Below, in pieces: positions 48,124 to 57,724 of a stretch of 64,000 bases of DNA. Source of the DNA: a virus; the IMG/VR virus record IMGVR_UViG_3300031521_000027, positions 32,001-96,000 of that record; one strand, written 5' to 3'. The first letter of the stretch is position 1. Each line of letters starts with the position of its first letter. The translations under genes were made by a program, and so were the position numbers. Below the pieces are notes generated by a model. It worked only from the letters and a program-made list of their open reading frames with translations, did no database searches and was not told where the DNA came from.

Positions 48124-48906
48124 ATGGCCAGAATCACCCGGGTCGCCAAGGCCCAGCCCCGCTTCAAGATGGTCCCCGTCATCGACGAGGCGACCGGCGA
48201 GCAGAAGGTCACGCCCGTCATGGTCAAGGGCCGCGACGGTGAGCTGCGCCAGAAGACCACGAAGACCGGCAAGCCGGTGGTCATGAAGGTCACCGTCACC
48301 GACAAGACCCAGCCGCTGCCCGCCCGGAAGTGCGGGAAGTGCGGCAAGGACATCGAGATCGGCCAGCCCTACAAGCACGTGACTCCGAAGTCCGGCCCCT
48401 ACGGTGGCACCACCCGGTACCGCTGCGCCACCTGCCCCGACTGGCAGGTCTGGGAGCTGTCCAACAGCCTCTCCGCCCGCTGCGCCCAGATCGTCTACGA
48501 CGCCGAGGAGCAGGAGATCACCTCCGAGTCCGAGGTGGACGACGTGCAGGAGATCCTGAACGACGCCGCCGCCTCGTTCCGCGAGTTGGCCGAGGAGAAG
48601 CGGGAGTCCGCCCAGAACATCGAGGACGGCTTCCAGCACGCCACCTCCGCCAGCGACGAGCTGAACGAGCAGGCCGACGAGCTGGAGAGCTTCGCCGATG
48701 AGCTGGAGAGCACTGACATCACCGACAAGCCCGACGAGCCCTCCGAGGGTGAGCCCGGTGACGAGCCGGACGATCAGGACTCCGACGACTGGCGCGACTG
48801 GGAGCAGACCCGCGACGAGTGGGACACCTACCAGACCGAGCTGGAGGAGTGGGTCGACACCGTGAAGAGCGAGGTCAGTGAGGCTCTGGGAGGGAGCCCG
48901 TTCTGA
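48124..48906 (+). CDS. Zn-finger protein with very acidic helical C-terminus
   Basis: CGKC..I..GQPY, CATC; D/E-rich tail. Confidence 0.7.
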   Translation: MARITRVAKAQPRFKMVPVIDEATGEQKVTPVMVKGRDGELRQKTTKTGKPVVMKVTVTDKTQPLPARKCGKCGKDIEIGQPYKHVTPKSGPYGGTTRYRCATCPDWQVWELSNSLSARCAQIVYDAEEQEITSESEVDDVQEILNDAAASFRELAEEKRESAQNIEDGFQHATSASDELNEQADELESFADELESTDITDKPDEPSEGEPGDEPDDQDSDDWRDWEQTRDEWDTYQTELEEWVDTVKSEVSEALGGSPF

Positions 48907-49075
48907 CCTGAGACAGCTGGGGACATCATGGGGGTGGAGCCTCCAGCCAGTACCGAGAGCACCGGCCACCTACCTGACCGGTGCTCTTGTTGTTTTCGGA
49001 AACGAGTTGACACCGAGCAGCCCATGGTCCTATACTAGAGACATCAAGCGGTCAACGCCCAAGCAGGAGAACACC

Positions 49076-49609
49076 ATGAGCACCACCACCCGGACCCTCG
49101 CCCCGATCACCCCCCGCCAGCTGAGCTGGCTCCAGACGCTGGTCGTCGAGCGCGACACCACCGGGCTCGTGACCGAGGCCCTCGACCGGTTCACCGCCCG
49201 TCAGGCCCACACCCTGATCGACACCCTGCTGGCCCGCCCCCGCGTCGCCGTCCTCGCCCCCACCACGGGAGCCCTGTTCGACGTCGCGCCCGACGCCGAC
49301 ATCCCCGCTGGCTACTACGCCGTCTCCGTCCCCGGGGACACGCAGGCCGTCGCGTTCTTCCAGCTGGACCGCCCCACCGAGGGCCGCTGGGCAGGCCGCA
49401 CGTTCCTCTCCCAGCTCGCCAGCGACGAGCGGTACTCCGTCCGTGGCGCACGCCGCGACGTGGTCATGGCCCTGATCGCCGAGGACATCCACGAGGCGGG
49501 CTTCCGCTTCGGTCGCGAGATCGGTCGCTGCTGCCGCTGCCACCGCACGCTCACCGACGAGTCCAGCCGCGCCGCTGGCATCGGCCCGGACTGCGCAGGG
49601 CGGTTCTGA
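49076..49609 (+). CDS. DUF6011-like protein
   Basis: T.RQL..L..L N-terminus; GRCCRC.R.LTD..S...GIGPDC. Confidence 0.7.
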   Translation: MSTTTRTLAPITPRQLSWLQTLVVERDTTGLVTEALDRFTARQAHTLIDTLLARPRVAVLAPTTGALFDVAPDADIPAGYYAVSVPGDTQAVAFFQLDRPTEGRWAGRTFLSQLASDERYSVRGARRDVVMALIAEDIHEAGFRFGREIGRCCRCHRTLTDESSRAAGIGPDCAGRF

Positions 49610-49738
49610 GATGCCCCGCCCGTCCAAGCTCCGTCTCGCCGTCGAGTGCCTGATCCTCTTCGGCGGGACCACCGCCTTCACCGTCATCACCGCCGCCGTC
49701 TCCAACGCCCTCCACTGAGTTTCAAGAAAGAGCACACC

Positions 49739-50894
49739 ATGACCGCACCCGCATCCCACTTCGAGATCACCGACCTCCTGCACGGCTCCTGTGGCGACTG
49801 CCGCAAGTGCGCCGAGGACGCCGCCGTCAACGCCTCCGTCTCCGGCTCCGTCGGGGCCACCTCCTCCGTAGAGCGCAGGGACCCCAGCACTGACCGCCTC
49901 GTGGTCGAGCACAGGGCCACCGTCCGCCGCGTCCCTGAGGCTCGTGTGATCGTCCTGCACGACCCGCAGACCCTCGCCCTCGACGACATCCGGGAGCTGC
50001 TCAGCCACGTCGGGCGCACCTACGTGTTCAACTCCGAGCTGGTCGACATCCTTCGCCGCTTCGACCTCATCAAGGAGTCCTGACCCATGGCAGACAAGCC
50101 CCTCGCCCACGTCGAGCCCAACCAGCGGGGTCTGCTCGCAGCCCGCGCCGCCTCCCGCTGGTACCTCGGTGACTCCAGCTGGGCCGAGATCCTGATCAAC
50201 GCCTACCTCAACCCCGACGCGGCACTCGCCGCCGTCCGCAACGAGAAGGAGTCCTGACCATGGACATCACGACCACCGACACGGACATCACCACGACCTC
50301 CCCCGAGTCCAGCTACCGCGTCGTCTTCATCTTCGTGGACCGCTTCGGCTTCAACCAGCGCGTCACCTCCGAGACCATCCCCACTGTCGGGGAGGCCCGC
50401 GACTTCGCCACCGAGAAGTTCGCCGAGCAGAAGCCCGACGCGTGGTGGATCACCGAGGAGCGTGTGGTCGAGTACCACGACTGCACCCCGGTCCCGCCCA
50501 AGCCCCTGTACGGGATGCGCCGGATGAACAACGAGGTCCGGGTCTTCACGTCCAAGACCGCCGCCGTCAAGTACAACCGCGAGCTGCCACCGCTGGCCCT
50601 CCAGTACCGCAAGGGCGTCCTCGTGAGCCACGACGAGGGTAAGACGTGGGAGTGGTTCTCGTGACCGCCCCACGGAAGCTCCGCGCCCGCTTCGGCATGG
50701 ACCGCCTCCCCGAGCCCCGCACCCCACAGGGCAAGAGCAGGTTCGTCGCCTACTGCCGCCAGCTCGGGGTCAACCTCCAGCCGTACCAGCAGCGCTGGCT
50801 GGAGGCCTACGACAAGGACTACCCACCCACCACCCGGATCGTCTTCAACACCCGCGCGCACACCGCCGAGATCAGCCGCCTCAACCGGACATGA
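49739..50894 (+). CDS. small hypothetical genes (49739-50083, 50087-50257, 50260-50664, 50661-50894)
   Basis: RBS AAGGAG; two genes share the AAGGAGTCCTGA(C)CCATGG junction. Confidence 0.6.
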
Positions 50895-51002
50895 TTCTGA
50901 GGGGCCCCATCGTGTTTCTCGAAAATGCGATTCGGCCCCTCACTCAGATTCCGAAAATAGCTGTGCACTCACCCCGGCAAACGTGTGTGTAGACTCCCCC
51001 AC

Positions 51003-51293
51003 ATGTCTTTCTCAAAACAACCGCAGCGCGTCTCCATCGCCATGGTCATGCAATCCCTCCGCGAGCAGGCAGAGACCGTCACCGACGCCCGTAACGCCCT
51101 CACTGACGCCATTGCGGACCGGGACGCCATGATGGTCGAGCTGAAGGCCGCAGGGGTCCCTGAACGCAACATCATGAAACTCACCGGACTCAGCAGGGAC
51201 TCCGTCGCCCGGATCACACAGGGAGCCCGTACCGCCGCCGCACTGGACGCAGAGGCACTCCTCGCCATCCCTGCACCCGGCAAGCTGCGCTAG
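51003..51293 (+). CDS. HTH DNA-binding protein, leaderless
   Basis: GVPERNIMKLTGLSRDSVARI; TAGACT -10 at 50990; three TTTC-NN-GAAA-like sites around start. Confidence 0.7.
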   Translation: MSFSKQPQRVSIAMVMQSLREQAETVTDARNALTDAIADRDAMMVELKAAGVPERNIMKLTGLSRDSVARITQGARTAAALDAEALLAIPAPGKLR

Positions 51294-51319
51294 AGCCTCC
51301 CAGCGGCGTACCAGTAGCT

Positions 51320-52405
51320 ATGGCAGCAACCATCCACCGCCTCCGGGTCCGCAACTTCCAGAGCCTGCACGACATCGAGCTGGAGCTTCTCCCGTTCACC
51401 GTGATCGTCGGGCCCTCCTCCTCGGGCAAGTCGGCACTCACCCGGGCCCTGCGCACCCTCGTGTCCAACAGGCGGGGTACCGAGTGGATCACCCACGGGG
51501 AGCGGACGGCATCCATCACCGCAGAGACCGACGCAGGCACGGTCACACTCACCCGCAGCCGCTCCTCCGCATCGTCGGACAACGCGTACACCCTGACGCC
51601 CGCAGACAACCCGGAAGCCCAGCGGACCTACGCCAAGCTCGGTGGCGACACCCCGGAGGACGTTTCGAGATTCCTCGGCATCAACTCCGGCACCACGGCC
51701 ACCCCGCCGATCAACTTCGCAGGCCAGTTCGACAAGCCGTTCCTCCTCGCCGACTCCACCGCCGACGTCGCCCGCACACTGGGGGCCCTCACGAACGTCA
51801 ACATCATCTTCGAGGGAGCCCGGGAGTCCAACAGGCAGAAGCTGGCCAACGCGGTCACCCTGCGCACCAGAGCAGCAGACCTTGAAGCGGTCAAGGCACG
51901 GGTCCCCGAGTTCCGAGCCCTGAAGGCACAGGACGTGGCCCTCACCGCAGCCGAGCAGATCATCGAGCACGCCCGCCAGCTGGAGCGCCAGATCGCCCGG
52001 CTCTCACAGGCACTGGACATCGTCACCGTGATCGAGCCGTCCCTGCCACGCCTCCAGCGCCTCGCAGACATCGTGGTCCCTGACGAAACATCGATCCTCC
52101 GGGCCCAGAGCGCCCTCTCCAGCTTCCAGCAGGCTCTCACCCGGATACCGACCCTCGCCCGAGCCCAGCAGGCCGCACAGCAGGCGTACGACGTCATCGA
52201 CACACAGGAGGCCAAGCTCCTCGCCGACTATGCCGAGTTCACCGGGGAGATCACCGACTCCCTGCACGGGTGGATCGGGGGCATGACCCTGAGGGGGGAC
52301 ACCCGGATCGAGTTCTCCGAGACCGGCATCGAGGTCGAGTGGATTCAGACCGACGTGGCCGTGAGTCTCTTCCTGAAGTATCTCGAAACGAAGGCCAGTT
52401 CGTGA
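51320..52405 (+). CDS. SbcC/Rad50-like ATPase, N-terminal half only
   Basis: RNFQS, VIVGPSSSGKSA..RAL, NF.GQFD.PFLL, coiled coil; no signature or Walker B; middle promoter 51285-51315. Confidence 0.8.
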   Translation: MAATIHRLRVRNFQSLHDIELELLPFTVIVGPSSSGKSALTRALRTLVSNRRGTEWITHGERTASITAETDAGTVTLTRSRSSASSDNAYTLTPADNPEAQRTYAKLGGDTPEDVSRFLGINSGTTATPPINFAGQFDKPFLLADSTADVARTLGALTNVNIIFEGARESNRQKLANAVTLRTRAADLEAVKARVPEFRALKAQDVALTAAEQIIEHARQLERQIARLSQALDIVTVIEPSLPRLQRLADIVVPDETSILRAQSALSSFQQALTRIPTLARAQQAAQQAYDVIDTQEAKLLADYAEFTGEITDSLHGWIGGMTLRGDTRIEFSETGIEVEWIQTDVAVSLFLKYLETKASS

Positions 52406-52683
52406 CCGGCTTCTCCCTCCCCGCGTGGACCGGTCGCTCCGCGCCCCCACCGGGAGAAGATTCTGAGCGGGCCCTCTCCCTCACCGACGCGTGGGCTGCA
52501 CTGGTCCGCATCCGCAACAGGTCCATGACCCAGACGGAGCTGGCCGAACGTGCGGGGCTGCACCGCTCAGCCGTATCAAAGATGGAGGCCGTCGGTTATC
52601 TTCCGACCCTGCGCACCATGGCCACCTATGCCGACGCCCTCGACATCGAGCTGAACCTCACTTTACGAAAGAAGGCTTCATGA
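52402..52683 (+). CDS. XRE-family HTH regulator
   Basis: MTQTELAERAGLHRSAVSKME...PTLRT. Confidence 0.85.
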   Translation: MTGFSLPAWTGRSAPPPGEDSERALSLTDAWAALVRIRNRSMTQTELAERAGLHRSAVSKMEAVGYLPTLRTMATYADALDIELNLTLRKKAS

Positions 52684-54956
52684 TCACGCCCCGCAGGTTC
52701 CTCATCCGCTCCCGGGACAACCTCGCCCAGATCCTCGCCGAGGGAGTCGTGTGGTCCAACGGCGGGGTCAGCACCGTCCGCCACCCGTGCCGCTGGTTCA
52801 AGGACTCCCGTGGGCTCGCCCTCGCGCTGCCCGAGGAGCTGGGACTCCCGACCCCACAGAACCTCGCCCAGCTGGAGAACCTCGCCGCAGCCGTGTGGGG
52901 AGAGCTGGACTGGCTCGACAAGTCCGAGGAGGAGATCGCCGCAGCAGCTGCACAGGCGCAGGCCAAGATCGACGAGGCATGGCGGGATGCGCAGGTGGAC
53001 ATGCACAAGATCCTCTTCGCCGCCCGGAAGCTCGACTGGCGGGACCCGGTCGCCGTCGCACAGGAGCAGCGCACTTCCCGTGGCCTCGACGAGGTTTCAG
53101 GAAACGAGCCCGCCCCCGAGGAAGATTCTGAGCTGCCCTTCGTCGGCTACCGGGTGGCACAGGCCGCTCCCGGTGACTTCCTCATCTCCGGTGACTTCTC
53201 CGCGCAGCAGGCAGCGCAGGACGAGGAGGACATCGACACCCTCAAGAGCTGGTGGCCCCACCGGACCTTGACCGTCCACATCCCTGAGCCCAGCAGGCTT
53301 CTCTCGACGCTGCTGCTGGGCCATGACCCGTGGGCCGAGGTCATCGTCGGCAAGGACACCACCATCAACGGGATGCTCGGCGACCTCGTATTTCGTCCGT
53401 ACGGGCCCAGCAGCTCCGAACCCGTACCAGTACCCGCAGAAGGTGCTGCTGAGCCCGTGGACCCCCCACAGGGCCCCGCTGAGCAGCCGATCCAGTCGTG
53501 AGGGTCGCGATCACCGAGGCAGATCTTGTCTCCCTCGCTCCCGACAGCGTCATCCTGCTCACCTCGTGGGGTAGTTACTCGAAACGAACCGACGGCTTCT
53601 GGCAGCGCGCGGGTGGACTCCCGCTGAGTTCCCGGCACATGGCCTCGGGCAAGCCCCTGCTGGTCATCTTCGACGCGGGCCGGATGGAACAGACCATTCG
53701 GGTACTGGAGGCCGACGCCCTGTGCACCCTCCAGCTCTCGGGTGGGGAAGCCCTGCACGCACTGGCCGAGATCGACTTCGTGAACTGCTGGCGCAAGCAT
53801 CATCCGAGGGTGGAAGATTCTGAGCGCCCCCCTGCGCAGCCGACCGGCTGAGGCGTACCAGTGAGTGGGGGAGATCATGGCCGAGTTGTTCCTGACTGGT
53901 GCAGCTTCTGTGGCTCTCTTCTGCTTGACCATCACCGGCATCCGCTACGCAGTGAGGAAGATCCGTGTCCGACGTTTCCAATAACGAGCCCGACGAACTC
54001 CGTGGCAGCAGGCGTCTCTCGCCGCACGGCACCATCGCCGCAGTCCGCAGGCATCACCGTCACCACGAGCAGCTCTGTGAGCCCTGTGCGGTCGTCTCCA
54101 AGGCTGACCGGGCCAAGCGGTACCGGGAGGACCACGAGAAGTCCAAGAGCGCCATCGAGACCGCGCGCCGCACCGCCAAGGCCCGTGCCTACCGCATCCT
54201 CGCCGAACGGCACTACGTCGAGTGGATCGACTTGCTCGACGACACCACCGCCGAGGAGCTGGAGTCCAAGGGACTGACCGGGTGAGCGACTTCGAGCAGC
54301 CCGTCTTCGGGGACTACGACCAGTTCGTCACCTTCGCTGACGACCGGGTGATCGCCACCTACCAGCTGCCTGTTGAGCCCGATCCTGAGCTTCCCGTGGC
54401 CAAGCCCAAGAGCCCGTACCAGCAGGCCCTGTCACTGGCCAACAGCGTGCTCCCACACCCCCTCGACGACGATCAGGCGACTGCTCTCGCAGCGGTGTAC
54501 GCACAGCTGGCAATAGCCGACAGGCTCGAACGGGTGGAGACTGGAATCCTGAAGTCTCTCGCAAGTCCCCTTCCGGGTGACACGGGAGACGTGGAGGGCG
54601 GGCCTTGATGGGCACAGACGAGCTTTCGACGTACATGACGCGCCTGCGGATCAGGCTCAACCGGGCGAACATCCCCGAGCGGTACTTCATGGAGCGGGGT
54701 CACCCGTGGATCAACACCCCGAAGGGCAGAATCCTGCGCCCTTCGCTCGGCCACGCCTTCCATGGCACCGGGGTCTGACCCTGTGACGTCCGCCCTTGTC
54801 CCCGAGCCCACTGAACGCTGCGCAGTCCCCCGCAGTGCAGGCAGCGTCGTGGTGTGTGAGCTGGCCCACGGACACGGGCCTGACATCCCCGGTGAAGCCC
54901 GGGTGCACCGAGGCCGGGACAAGGGTGGGCACTGGCACGACTGGCCGTCGCAGTGA
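52680..54956 (+). CDS. hypothetical genes (52680-53501, 53498-53851, 53877-53984, 53965-54285, 54282-54608, 54608-54778, 54783-54956)
   Basis: Coupled ORFs; middle promoter 53832-53862; HGT...H....C.PC Zn motif in 53965. Confidence 0.55.
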
Positions 54957-55041
54957 GTGAAGGAAGATTCTGAGCCTGCTGGCGCATCGAGGCGAAGACT
55001 GATAGCGTGAACGCTGTCAGTACGGCAACTGGACACAAAGC

Positions 55042-55075
55042 AAAGGAACCCGAGGACGAGATCCTCGGGTCCTTC
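55042..55075. terminator. bidirectional terminator AAGGAACCCGAGGA...TCCTCGGGTCCTT
   Basis: Stem-loop between convergent genes. Confidence 0.7.
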
Positions 55076-55087
55076 TGTGTTGTTGGG

Positions 55088-56366
55088 TCAGTAGCGCTTG
55101 ACTGTCTCCCCCCTCTTCAGGCGGTTCAGCTCGAACGGGCGGAGCTTGCGGCAGTACTTCCAGCTCCGACGGGACAGGCCGTGGTCGGTGCAGTAGATGA
55201 AGCCGGACTCATCGATCATCGTGATCGGCTTCACGCAGTCGGTCTTCATGTCGCAGTGCAGCTCCACGACCACCGGGGCCGGGGGAGTGCCCCAGCCGCA
55301 GTGGGAGCAGACCCCGTTGTGGATCGTGCCCTTCCGACGCCTGCCGGTGCACTGGGCCATGGTGAGGCACGGGTCCACGCTGGCGTGCACTGGGCAGATG
55401 AAGGTGGTGACCGAGCCGTCGAGGTGACGAGCGCACACGCAGGTCATGATCACAGCGCCTTCGCGGAGTAGGTGATCGACTGCATGACCCCGGTGCCCCA
55501 GCTGCGCGTGCTGTGCACGACGAGGGAGAAGGACAGGCCGGGGTACTGCTTGAGGATCACCCGGCGCACGCGGGCCTTGATCGCGTCAACGTGGCGGTCG
55601 AAGTTGCGGACGCCTGCGTTGCCCCAGCCTGCCTCACTGGACACGGTCACGAGGAGCCGGGTGGTGGAGGGATCGATGCTGGTGGTCACGGTCCAGTCCT
55701 TGCGGGTGGCGCGGAGTTCGGAGAGTTCGCGGGGAGATTCGTACATGGCTGGTGCCCTTCGGTGTGGTTGTTCCGGCTTGATGTCTCAAGTTTACCCCAC
55801 CCCTGTCCCTACGTCAAGTCATTTCCAGAAACAATCGAGATCACTCCCGGGCTCAGAATCTTGATACGCCAAAGAGCCCCTCCCCCCGAAGGGGGAGGGG
55901 ACATCCTCCGGTGTGAAGATCAGTCGGTCACCACCACCTTCGCGTGGCGAGCAGCCTCGGTGTCCATCTCCGCGCCACAGCTGCACTCGAAGTGGTAGGG
56001 GTAGACGAAGTCCCAGCGGTGGCGGCGGTGGGTCTCCGGGCCCGTGAGGGTGTCGAAGCGGCCACACGTGGCTTCCTTGAAGGCTGCGTAGGTCTTGTAG
56101 ACCCCGATGATGGCCTCCGGGTCGAGGGTGAACAGGGTGTCGATGAAGATGCCCCACTCGTCCCACTGGGCGGCGTGCTCGTCGCCGTTGCCTGCACCGA
56201 AGTTCGGACGGCTCGCGCTGTTGCCGGTCAGGCGGATGTCAAAGGAACGCTTCCGGGAGCGGGAGCCCTTCGTCTCGCAGTCGGCCAGCTTGACGCCGAC
56301 CATGCCCCTCGCGTGGACCGCCTGCACGAGGTCGGAGTACTTGATGACGTCGGAGTGGATCTTCAT
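55088..56366 (-). CDS. leftward early genes (55088-55453 Cys-rich, 55450-55746, 55920-56366)
   Basis: Each unit starts with a minus-strand early promoter and GAAGGGCA.CAGCC ATG leader. Confidence 0.7.
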
Positions 56367-56558
56367 GGCTGTTGCCCTTCCTTACGGGTACCGGGTTGTT
56401 CCGGCTTGATGTCTCAAGTTTAGGACACACTGCCACTCGATGTCAAGCGAAACTGGCAGGAGTTATTTTCGGAAACGAGTTGACACACGTCCCAAGGTAG
56501 GTACATAATAGAGACATAGCCGGACGCACCGGCTCCTCGAAAGAGAAGGGCATAAGCC

Positions 56559-56867
56559 ATGAGCATCCAACTCACCCACGAGTTCATCGTCTGCAACTGC
56601 TGCAACGCGATGATCGCCAACAACGAGAGCTGCGACTGCACCCCCGATCAGCACCCCGACGGCCTCGCCGCCTTCACCGGGCTCGCTCCCAACGTCAACG
56701 TCGTCCCCGGCGACGAGGACTACGGCTTCTGCGACTGGAACCGCTGCGCCGGGTGCGGCTCCACCCTCGCGGGTGACCGTGTCGGGGCCTACGGGCTCAC
56801 CGACACCGGCTGGGCTCCCGAGTCCACCTTCGATGACCCGGACGTGGACTGGAGTGAGGGCCTGTGA
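56559..56867 (+). CDS. Cys-rich hypothetical protein
   Basis: Early promoter 56480; RBS GAAGGG. Confidence 0.65.
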   Translation: MSIQLTHEFIVCNCCNAMIANNESCDCTPDQHPDGLAAFTGLAPNVNVVPGDEDYGFCDWNRCAGCGSTLAGDRVGAYGLTDTGWAPESTFDDPDVDWSEGL

Positions 56868-57058
56868 GGCGCTACGCGGCCCTTGCAGCCTCGCTGGAGG
56901 CGCAAGGGTGCCGGATGAAGCGGAAGCGCTCCGGCTGGTGGGTGGGCTTCCCCAACGGGGCCACAACCGCCTTCCACCTCACCCCCAGTGACCACCGGGC
57001 AGACCTCAACCTCCGCGCCACCATCCGGCGCAACGGGCTGGTGTGGCCCTTCGACTGA
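56864..57058 (+). CDS. HicA-like small protein
   Basis: LEAQG..MKRKRSGW....PNG....H.TPSD.RA..NLR..IRR.G. Confidence 0.6.
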   Translation: MRRYAALAASLEAQGCRMKRKRSGWWVGFPNGATTAFHLTPSDHRADLNLRATIRRNGLVWPFD

Positions 57059-57302
57059 AGCTAGGCTGGTCGAGCCCCTCGTTCCCCTTCGACCGGGAGC
57101 GGGGGGTTTCCTCATGCCCGGACTTGGAGCGTCGAGCCGAACATCCAAGTCGAGGTGGGGTCGAGTGGGACCGTGGGAAGATTCTGAGCGTCCGAGCGCA
57201 GCGACACCACCGCTGACTACGCCTTCGACAACAGCTGGTCGGGGCACTCAGAACAAGCAAGAGCCCCCCGCTCCCGAAGGAACGAGGGGCTGAGCTGGTC
57301 GA

Positions 57303-57554
57303 TCAGACTGCGGGCGTTCCCCACAGCGTGCCGTTCGCGCCAGCGCGGATCATGTACCGCGCCCACTTCCGGGCCTCGGCCTTCAGGCCGCACTTGCCGC
57401 CGTCCATCCCGTTGGCGGGGCCACTGGTCACGACCCAGATCCAGACCCGGCGAATGCCGCCCTTGGCACACGGGCTCCAGATGTCCCTGCGGATCAGGCG
57501 GTAGGTCTCGCCCTTGTAGGTCTCTGTCCCTGCAACGTCTGTGTATCCGGTCAT
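57303..57554 (-). CDS. leftward early hypothetical gene
   Basis: Minus-strand promoter and conserved leader. Confidence 0.65.
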   Translation of the reverse strand: MTGYTDVAGTETYKGETYRLIRRDIWSPCAKGGIRRVWIWVVTSGPANGMDGGKCGLKAEARKWARYMIRAGANGTLWGTPAV

Positions 57555-57724
57555 GGCTGCTGCCCTTCGGTTGTTGTTCCGGCTTGATGTCTCAAGTATA
57601 GTACACGTGCGCGCGTATAGCAACTCGTTTCCAGAAAAAGATTGATCGAGTATTCGCTTGACACTAGCTAGGTACATGCCTTAAACTTGAGACATCAAGC
57701 CGGATCAACCGAAGGGCACCAGCC

